From a virus (taxonomy: Duplodnaviria; Caudoviricetes): a DNA stretch of 64,000 nt. Below the pieces are notes generated by a model, which was not told the DNA's origin, searched no databases, and saw only the letters and a list, made by a program, of their open reading frames with translations. The position numbers were made by a program, and so were the translations under genes. This document shows positions 57,599-64,000 of the stretch, piece by piece; position 1 is the first letter of the stretch, and every line of letters starts with the position of its first letter. The stretch covers positions 32,001 to 96,000 of the IMG/VR virus record IMGVR_UViG_2574179762_000001, one strand, 5' to 3'.

Positions 57599-57966
57599 GC
57601 CGTGGCTCCCTCGGGTTCGTCGTAGCAGACGTGCCTGTAGGCCGGCAACTTCAGCTTCGGCGCCTTAAGCGGCATGCCCCAGGCTTCCATCAGCGGCGTG
57701 ATGTCGGTGCCCGAGCGGACGTGCTGGCCCGGCCTGAGCGGCCGGTATGCGGCCAGCGCTGCCAGGTCGGTCGCCGTCCAGATCTTCAGGTAGAACTTCC
57801 CCCGCTTGAGCGTCTTGGCCTTGACGAGCGACAGGGCCTGGAGCCGCCCGAGGACGTCAGCCACCGCCCCGCCGGTGCAGCCGGCCGTCTTCGCAAATTC
57901 CGTCGCGATGACGCTCTCGCCCCTGAGCAATGCCGCGCAAACCTGCTCTCTCACGGTCACGGTCAT
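57595..57966 (-). CDS. wHTH protein, paralogue-like to 57254
   Basis: RGESVIA-x-x-FA shared with its neighbour. Confidence 0.65.
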   Translation of the reverse strand: MTVTVREQVCAALLRGESVIATEFAKTAGCTGGAVADVLGRLQALSLVKAKTLKRGKFYLKIWTATDLAALAAYRPLRPGQHVRSGTDITPLMEAWGMPLKAPKLKLPAYRHVCYDEPEGATA

Positions 57967-57973
57967 GGCAGCC

Positions 57974-58255
57974 TCACTCGAAGCTGGCCGGGATATCCCA
58001 GCCGGAGCCGAACGAACCGGCGTCCGCCGAATCCCCTTCCGCGCTGAGCAGGGACAGGAGCATTGCGGCGTGCATCGGTGACACGCCCTCGTCTGCCGCC
58101 GGCGCCGCGGCGGCCGGCCGGGCACGGCGCGGTACCGAGGCAACCGCCCAGGCGCGCGCCATGCGCGACGGCGCCGGACTGGCCACTGTGGCGGGTGTTG
58201 CAGGCATGGCCGACTGGCGCAGCAGGCGCGCGATCAGGTGGCGAATCACTTTCAT
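57974..58255 (-). CDS. Phage hypothetical protein, related to 55314
   Basis: MKVIRHLIARL...ADEG...AAMLL...GSFG-x-GWD. Confidence 0.6.
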   Translation of the reverse strand: MKVIRHLIARLLRQSAMPATPATVASPAPSRMARAWAVASVPRRARPAAAAPAADEGVSPMHAAMLLSLLSAEGDSADAGSFGSGWDIPASFE

Positions 58256-58785
58256 CTCCCGTCCCCTCCAAAGTTGGGAATGAGGTCGCGGACCGCCGTC
58301 GGCATCGGAACCGCCGCGGTGGCCACAGGCTTTGCCGGCTCGGGCGCGCCTTCCGCGCATTCCCGGACCAGCGTCCTGAGCAGCCGGGCGACCCACAGCT
58401 GCGGATGGTCACGTTCGTCACGCTCGATCTGGACCTCGACGGTCTGACCGGTGAACCGGTCGCGCGCCAGGTGCGTCAGCGTGATGCGCGCCGGCGCGAG
58501 ATCCGGCCGGCCAATCTTGCCCATGTATCCCGCCGCCACGTCCGGCTTCCATTCCGCCGGGTTCACGTGCAGCGCGCGGTGGATGGTCCGCAGCAGCTGC
58601 CGGCGCTGGTTCAGGCGCTGTGTGATGTCCTGCCAGGCGCTCGCCGGCGCGAAGGCATGGCAGCAGCAGGTCCAGTCCGGGCCGGTCTTGACCTCTGCCC
58701 ACATCGGGCAGCCGTAGGCCACGCACTGGCCCGGGCGCTGGGCCGGGGTGTCCGGTGCATTCGGCGGCGTGCGGTGGAGCGTCAT
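58252..58785 (-). CDS. Zn-binding phage protein next to the initiator
   Basis: CVAYGCP...WTCCCH. Confidence 0.7.
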   Translation of the reverse strand: MTLHRTPPNAPDTPAQRPGQCVAYGCPMWAEVKTGPDWTCCCHAFAPASAWQDITQRLNQRRQLLRTIHRALHVNPAEWKPDVAAGYMGKIGRPDLAPARITLTHLARDRFTGQTVEVQIERDERDHPQLWVARLLRTLVRECAEGAPEPAKPVATAAVPMPTAVRDLIPNFGGDGR

Positions 58786-59936
58786 GCGACAGCCCTCCCC
58801 TGCTTGGCTGCTTGCGCGGTCTGAATGCGGGAAATGCATTCGGGGCGGGACCAGCCCGGCCGAAGCTCCAAGCCAACGCTATGGGCCGCTTCGTTGAGCT
58901 GCACATCCGTCATCGAGTGCAGCGGCACCGGCTTCGGCTTCGTGACCTTGGCGAGCTGCTCGTTCTGCAGCACGCGGTCGACGTAGGCCGGCAGGTTCAT
59001 GATCGGCTCGGTGGCGTCGGCCTTGGCCTTCGTGATCGCGGCGCGCATTTGGCCGATCGAGACCTTGGCGTCGATCCAACCGCTAGCCAGCGGCCAGAGC
59101 TTGGAGCGGCCTTGGATCGAGTACGTGTCGATCTCGATGCCGTGCTCGTTGGAAAAGAATCTTGCCCATTCAATCGCCGTCGTCGGGACGTTGTCGTCCA
59201 GGGCTTCGCGCGCGGGTTCTACGTTAACGTTTGACGATACTGAGGGTTTTAGATCGACTCCTCTCGACTCGACTCGACTCGACTCCGGGGGTGAGTCACC
59301 ATCGAGACACCCGCGCGTCACCATCGAGTCACCTTGCGTCACCACCGCGTCACCGCTCCGAAGTTTTCGCTTGCAGGAGGGGCAAATCAGCCGGAAACCC
59401 GCGATTTCTTGCGAGTTTTCCGTGGATTCCGAGGTGACTCGGATGATCGTCAGACTCGATGCGTCACCGCAAAGGTGACACGCGTCACCGTCTCGCTCGC
59501 GCAATTTCTTCAAGAGCAGTTGGCGTTGCTTTCCGCCGAGCCTTTTTTGGTGACGCGGGTGACGCGCGTCACCTGTGTCACCCGCGTCACCGGTGTCACC
59601 GGTGTCACCACTCGTCGGGTGACGCAGCGTCGGCTGATCGATCCGCTGGTGTAGATGCCAGCCGGTGACGTGCCAGAATTCCTTGCCGTCGACCTCATAC
59701 TCTCTCACCAGCTGGACCTCAATCAGCTCGTCAATCCACTGCATAACCCGCTCCGCCGTGGCGTCATCATCGCCAGGGAACACCTCCGCCTTGATGGTCT
59801 TCGCACTGGCAGGATGGTTGCCGCCGTCGTCGCAGAACGTCCACAGGCCAATGAACAGCAGGCGCGCGTCGCGCGACAGCTCCATTACCTGCTCGGAGGT
59901 CCAGAACTCGGGCTTGATGCTGCGGATGCGGGCCAT
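58782..59936 (-). CDS. Replication initiator with an internal HNH-like Zn domain
   Basis: MARIRSIKPEFW...LLFIGLWTFCDD; ERDGDACHLCG...ICPSC. Confidence 0.85.
   Translation of the reverse strand: MARIRSIKPEFWTSEQVMELSRDARLLFIGLWTFCDDGGNHPASAKTIKAEVFPGDDDATAERVMQWIDELIEVQLVREYEVDGKEFWHVTGWHLHQRIDQPTLRHPTSGDTGDTGDAGDTGDARHPRHQKRLGGKQRQLLLKKLRERDGDACHLCGDASSLTIIRVTSESTENSQEIAGFRLICPSCKRKLRSGDAVVTQGDSMVTRGCLDGDSPPESSRVESRGVDLKPSVSSNVNVEPAREALDDNVPTTAIEWARFFSNEHGIEIDTYSIQGRSKLWPLASGWIDAKVSIGQMRAAITKAKADATEPIMNLPAYVDRVLQNEQLAKVTKPKPVPLHSMTDVQLNEAAHSVGLELRPGWSRPECISRIQTAQAAKQGRAVA
59263..59625. repeat. Iteron-like GGTGAC/GTCACC array plus (CTCGA)n (putative ori)
   Basis: Many direct and inverted GTCAC copies; CTCGA tandem at 59263-59285. 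Confidence 0.7.
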
Positions 59937-59946
59937 GTCTGCAACC

Positions 59947-60138
59947 TCAGCGACGCCGGCCGGCGCGTGGGAGCGCCGATTCCGCGGGGCGGTACTGCTC
60001 ACCCTTGAAGCCGGACAGCCATTCCAGGTGCGCATCGGTGCCGGGCATGTGCGGGTTCTCGTCGGCCTGCTTGCCGCGGCGGAAAGCCTCGGCGCCGGCC
60101 GAACGCACGTGCGCCCGGGGTGTAAGTTCGTGAATCAC
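59947..60138 (-). CDS. Rmf/CrpP-like small protein
   Basis: GAEAFRRG...NPH...WLSGF; GGAG RBS. Confidence 0.6.
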   Translation of the reverse strand: MIHELTPRAHVRSAGAEAFRRGKQADENPHMPGTDAHLEWLSGFKGEQYRPAESALPRAGRRR

Positions 60139-60220
60139 TGCGTCTCCCTTCCCAATGCCTGGCCGTGAGTGCATGGCGTGAACTGCGGGGGTGCGAGAGC
60201 ACCCCATTCACACCCCTTTC

Positions 60221-60466
60221 TCACCCCTTTCTCGCCACGACGCCGATGCGGTCGGCGTATATGCTCTTCATAACTTCCTCGCCATGAGCGCTGATCATCA
60301 GCAGCTCACGCACGAATTCGGAGAGCGACATGCCCACTTCGCATGCCCTGGCTTCCAAAGCCTCGCGGGTTTCCCAAGGCACCTTCACCTTGGGAATCTC
60401 GGCCGCCATCTTTCCGAAGAGGTTGCTACGTCCGCTGCGCGCCATGCCGTCGTCCCGGTCTGTCAT
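60221..60466 (-). CDS. CII-like / ribbon-helix-helix regulator
   Basis: KVPWETREAL...GMSLSEFVRELL. Confidence 0.7.
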   Translation of the reverse strand: MTDRDDGMARSGRSNLFGKMAAEIPKVKVPWETREALEARACEVGMSLSEFVRELLMISAHGEEVMKSIYADRIGVVARKG

Positions 60467-60597
60467 CCCGAAATCCCCGTTGGTGAACCAAACCCGTTGC
60501 CCGCTGATCGATTCCGCAGGCTCTTGTCAAACCCAGGCATGCCGCCTTTCTTGGCAGTCATGCCCGCGACCACTCGTGTCGGTGGTCGCTTCAGTCT

Positions 60598-60846
60598 TTA
60601 CGCAGGTGATGCGGCTCGGACCGCGCTGGCGGATGCGGCCTTCAATTCGCCGAAGATGTCGGGGCGCAGGGCTTCGAGCCGAACGAGCCCGCCGCTCTGC
60701 GCCGCCAGATTGCGCGCCAGGGGCCCGCTTGCCTTCGAGTGGCCGCCGGAGAGCTGGAAGAGATATGCCACGGTGGTTCCGCATCGCTGCGCGTAGCTTT
60801 CCTTCTGCTCAGGCGACAGCGTTTTCATGTATTCGGCGAGGGTCAT
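60598..60846 (-). CDS. cro: Cro/YdaS-like repressor
   Basis: YAQRCGTTVAYL...LRPDIF; divergent from cI. Confidence 0.85.
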   Translation of the reverse strand: MTLAEYMKTLSPEQKESYAQRCGTTVAYLFQLSGGHSKASGPLARNLAAQSGGLVRLEALRPDIFGELKAASASAVRAASPA

Positions 60847-60879
60847 TTCGTGCCTCTATGTGAACCCGGTCACCGTAAC

Positions 60880-60945
60880 TTTAGTTCATTACTAAATATC
60901 AGGCAAGGGATCTTTAGTGATCCACGCATTTCGCTGAGCACTAAA
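60880..60945. promoter_or_regulatory. OR operators (TTTAG-N7-CTAAA)
   Basis: 60880-60896 perfect, 60929-60945 with 1 mismatch, half-site at 60913. Confidence 0.7.
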
Positions 60946-60963
60946 GCATGTTGGAATGCCGCC

Positions 60964-61506
60964 ATGGACATCCACGAGATCCGCAGGGCGCATTTGCGCG
61001 AACTGACGAGGGAGAGAGGCTCCAAGGCCAAGCTGGCTAAGCTTTCCGAATCGTCCCCTGCATACATCAGCCAGGTGCTGAGCGAGACGACGAAGGCCAA
61101 CGTCGGGGACGACCTGGCCCGCAGGATCGAACGCGCCTATGGAAAGCCGCGCGGCTGGATGGATCAGATTGGGACGCTAGAGGACCGGGAGACAGCGGCC
61201 CGGGTGGATGTACCACCGGCGCCTGTTCGCCGCGCGATCACGGAGGACGATCTACTCGAAGCCTTTGCCCTCCTCCGGGCTCTCTCCGAAGGCGCAAAGC
61301 GCGTCGCCATTGCCCAAATTAAGGCGCTCGCAGATCTGGATTCAGAAAAGCTTAATTCAGCACCTGCCGAAAACGCCACGGAACGTGATACCGTTGCCTC
61401 ACGCACTTATGCCGAGAATGTCTCAAAACAAAGACAAAGGCTAAAGAGCACGCTCGAAGGTGGGGTCAACCGTGCAGGCACACGTCACAAATCTGGTGGT
61501 GGATAG
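60964..61506 (+). CDS. CI-like repressor lacking an S24 domain
   Basis: MDIHEIRR...SPAYISQ...VGDDLARRIE...GWMD; no peptidase motif. Confidence 0.85.
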   Translation: MDIHEIRRAHLRELTRERGSKAKLAKLSESSPAYISQVLSETTKANVGDDLARRIERAYGKPRGWMDQIGTLEDRETAARVDVPPAPVRRAITEDDLLEAFALLRALSEGAKRVAIAQIKALADLDSEKLNSAPAENATERDTVASRTYAENVSKQRQRLKSTLEGGVNRAGTRHKSGGG

Positions 61507-61708
61507 GGAGGCTGTCGAAATCGCGCAGGAGTTGTTGCGCAAAGCCACAGCGGGGGAACTCTGTGGCCTTGCGTTTGTGGCGAGGACAGTACACCGGGGA
61601 TACGAATTCGTTCTGACAGGCAATTTCAAGGCAAACCCCTTGGAAGCGGCCGGGGCGGCCGGATTGCTGGGCACGTTGGCCGAGCAGCAAGCCATTGAGC
61701 GCCTCTAG
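61460..61708 (+). CDS. Small protein overlapping the cI end
   Basis: LLRKATAGELCGLAFV; common next to such repressors. Confidence 0.65.
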   Translation: MGSTVQAHVTNLVVDREAVEIAQELLRKATAGELCGLAFVARTVHRGYEFVLTGNFKANPLEAAGAAGLLGTLAEQQAIERL

Positions 61709-61808
61709 CAGTCACCAGCGGCGGACCTGTTGCGATTTCGCAGCACCCACACAAGGGGTATAGGGAATGTCCTTACGGGCCGTGCGACCGTGCCCTCCTT
61801 CCCGGGTT

Positions 61809-62843
61809 CTAGAGCTGCTGTTCGAACATCTGGTCGCGAGCGGCAGCAGGCGCGTGCTCCAGCTGCGGCCCACGAATCTCGCCAGCTGACCACCTCCCCT
61901 GCGATAGCCGGACAATCCGCTCCGCCAGCGCAATGCAAACCCAGCCCATAGCGATGCCAGCAAGGCCGTCGACGGCGTAGTGCCAAGCCAGCACAACGGT
62001 CGATATCCAAATGAGGATCGTCCAGGGAATTGCAGCCCAAAGCGCCTTCGGCCAGTGACGAGCCACAAGCCAGGTTGCCATCGCGGTAAGCGCGACATGA
62101 AGGCTGGGCGTGGCCATAGTTCCGTAGAGCAAGCCGTTCTGTCGAACCTCACCCGCCTGGTGCCGCCCGAGATATTCCTGTAGCTCCCTGCTCAGGGAGC
62201 CATCGAGGTACCCGAACAACTCCGGGTGATAGTACTCGGGGCCTGCGACCGGAAACACCATCGCAATAATCGTGGTGGCATAGAAAGCCAGGACGATCGC
62301 AATGGCGAGCTCCATGTAGCTGCTCACCTTTTCGGTTTTGACCAGCGCAGCGACAACCAATAGAACGAACACCCACATCATGTAATAAATGGCCTCCCAA
62401 AAGGCCACGGGCAAGGCATTGGAGGCGATGACGAGCCGAAACAGGGGTTCCTCCAAGTCCCACAGGGCCTTGTCGTACCAGACTGTCGACGTGGTGCGGT
62501 ACACCTCGACCAAGTTCGCATTCCCGCTGATGGCCAGAACGACGAGGTACACCACGACACTGCCGACCACGATGCTGGAAGGCTTCACGACCGCCCGCCA
62601 TAGCGCCGCCAGATCTACATGGCCACTGTCCTTGTCGATGTACTTGCGCACCAGCAAGACCGATTCGATAACGACCAGCAGTGACAGCAGGAGCAGAAAG
62701 CAAAATGTGTAGACGGCCGCCGCGACGATGTGATGCAGGGTCAGCAGCCCTATAGATAGCGCGCCGGCAATAAGGTGGGATGCGACTGACAGCATCATCC
62801 CCACCATGACGAGCGGCATTATTGCGCGAGCGAAATTTCTCAT
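61809..62843 (-). CDS. PAP2 / Aur1-Ipt1-like membrane phosphotransferase
   Basis: Multi-TM; FPVAGP, TPSLHV, WHYAVD catalytic motifs. Confidence 0.85.
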   Translation of the reverse strand: MRNFARAIMPLVMVGMMLSVASHLIAGALSIGLLTLHHIVAAAVYTFCFLLLLSLLVVIESVLLVRKYIDKDSGHVDLAALWRAVVKPSSIVVGSVVVYLVVLAISGNANLVEVYRTTSTVWYDKALWDLEEPLFRLVIASNALPVAFWEAIYYMMWVFVLLVVAALVKTEKVSSYMELAIAIVLAFYATTIIAMVFPVAGPEYYHPELFGYLDGSLSRELQEYLGRHQAGEVRQNGLLYGTMATPSLHVALTAMATWLVARHWPKALWAAIPWTILIWISTVVLAWHYAVDGLAGIAMGWVCIALAERIVRLSQGRWSAGEIRGPQLEHAPAAARDQMFEQQL

Positions 62844-63058
62844 AGTGCCCCCTTGGCTGTTTGTTTTCGCAGGCAGCCCGCCTGAGCGGACGGAGGCCGG
62901 TCTGCTAGGCTGACCCGCCCGCGGGCTCCCCCTGGCCCGTCTTTGCTGGGCAAGCGTAGACCGTGGACGGTAAGCGTCATATAGGCCAAACGATCTACCC
63001 CCTTCACCCGCCCCGTCCGGCTGACGTCCGCCGCTTCCGCGCGCAAGCACACTAAATA

Positions 63059-63100
63059 TTTAGCAAATTACTATTGCATTTACTTTAGTGCTTGACTAAA
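63059..63100. promoter_or_regulatory. OL operators / pL region
   Basis: TTTAG-TGCTTGA-CTAAA at 63084-63100; degenerate copy at 63059-63075. Confidence 0.7.
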
Positions 63101-63136
63101 GTTCTCCCAACAGCGCACCACATCCGGGAGAACTCC

Positions 63137-63268
63137 ATGCGACCCAGCACCCTCCTTCTCACCTGCATCACCGCGATCCTCGTGGTTGGTGCCGTCGCCC
63201 TGGTGCTCCTGCCGACCATGGCGGAACTGCAGCACGTCCTGACCGCCACCCTTTCCGTCACTAAGTAA
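63137..63268 (+). CDS. 43-aa membrane peptide
   Basis: GGGAG RBS; MRPSTSFLTCITAILVVGAVALVLLP. Confidence 0.6.
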   Translation: MRPSTLLLTCITAILVVGAVALVLLPTMAELQHVLTATLSVTK

Positions 63269-63278
63269 GGAGCCGGCC

Positions 63279-63422
63279 ATGCCCACCACCCTGCCCGCCT
63301 ACGCCGTTGTCTACACGCTGCTCGGCTGCCGCTGCGTCACCCGCTTCGACAAGCTGACCGACGCCCTCATCTTCGCCGTCCGCGCGGAGAACGACGGCTG
63401 CACCGACATTTCCGTGCACTGA
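63279..63422 (+). CDS. 47-aa hypothetical protein
   Basis: AAGGAG RBS. Confidence 0.6.
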   Translation: MPTTLPAYAVVYTLLGCRCVTRFDKLTDALIFAVRAENDGCTDISVH

Positions 63423-63435
63423 GGAGCCCCCGGCC

Positions 63436-63783
63436 ATGAACCACCAACAGGCCCGGGCAGACATCGCCGCGCAGATCGCGCTCGGCAATGTCGAATCCTT
63501 CTGCGAAGGCGATGACGCCATCCGCCACCTCAGCAAGCTCTTCATCGTGCGGAACACCCGCCGCCGCGCCGGCGAATCCGATGCCGCCTATGCAGTTCGG
63601 GTCGGCTCCTTGCTGACAGACATGCTCGACGCGATCGGGCAGGTGCTGGTCGGCGCCAACGTCAAGTACGTCCTCGCGGACGCCGCGGAGCAACCCTTGA
63701 TCTGCCGCACCCGTGAGGCCTCCCTGCTGGCTGTCAGCCGTCAGGTTCAGCAAGACGTCTTGATGGCACGAGGTGTGGCATGA
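63436..63783 (+). CDS. Phage hypothetical protein
   Basis: GAGGAG RBS, coupled. Confidence 0.7.
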   Translation: MNHQQARADIAAQIALGNVESFCEGDDAIRHLSKLFIVRNTRRRAGESDAAYAVRVGSLLTDMLDAIGQVLVGANVKYVLADAAEQPLICRTREASLLAVSRQVQQDVLMARGVA

Positions 63784-64000
63784 ACGCCGATCAAGCCGCC
63801 GTCCGCCAGGCCATTGCGGCCAACCAACAGGAGGAACTGCTCCGCGAGCTGCAGGCAGCCCACCGGATCATTCGGAACACGCTCGGGATTCTCTCCGTCA
63901 GCCAGAAGGCAGTGCTCGCCGAGCGCAATGCGCGCGACGGCGTCGACGGGGAGGGTATTACCCGCGCCCATGAGCGCGAGGCTGTCATCAAGCGCGCAGG
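63780..64000 (+). CDS. Homologue of 20442-20678 (runs off window)
   Basis: EELLRELQAAHRII...EGITRAHEREAVI. Confidence 0.75.
   Translation, partial: MNADQAAVRQAIAANQQEELLRELQAAHRIIRNTLGILSVSQKAVLAERNARDGVDGEGITRAHEREAVIKRA

Larger units (their letters stand above)
28105..64000. mobile_element. Prophage 2 (siphovirus-like, right part outside window)
   Basis: Lysis, tail, head, terminase, replication and cro/cI modules in the same order and orientation as prophage 1. Confidence 0.93.

Overview
GC-rich betaproteobacterial DNA (Ralstonia/Cupriavidus-like; this is inferred from gene style). The window is almost entirely two lambdoid prophages in tandem and in the same orientation, joined at a 49-bp copy of the 3' half of tRNA-His (28105-28153, att core). 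Prophage 1 (<1-28153) carries head/terminase genes, an AT-rich moron with a MITE, a Mor-type activator, a QueF-like + TGT-like gene pair, a frameshifted replication initiator, Cro and a double-HTH CI, stacked immunity-region cassettes (PH-SHOCT, TM2, TcmP + DUF5131 radical SAM with a LexA box between them), ERF/YqaJ/RdgC, a candidate membrane defence gene between relics of DNA-modification genes, xis and int. It shows several frameshifts and deletions. Prophage 2 (28105->64000) looks intact. It has an SOS-box-controlled left-end operon with a LigD-like ligase domain, a lysis cassette, an unusual tail module with three Big-1/Ig genes, a -1 frameshift chaperone, ClpP-capsid fusion, portal, Mor, terminase, early genes, an HNH-containing initiator with iterons, a non-cleavable CI and a PAP2/Aur1-like moron. 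All family assignments come from motif recognition only; no searches were run.
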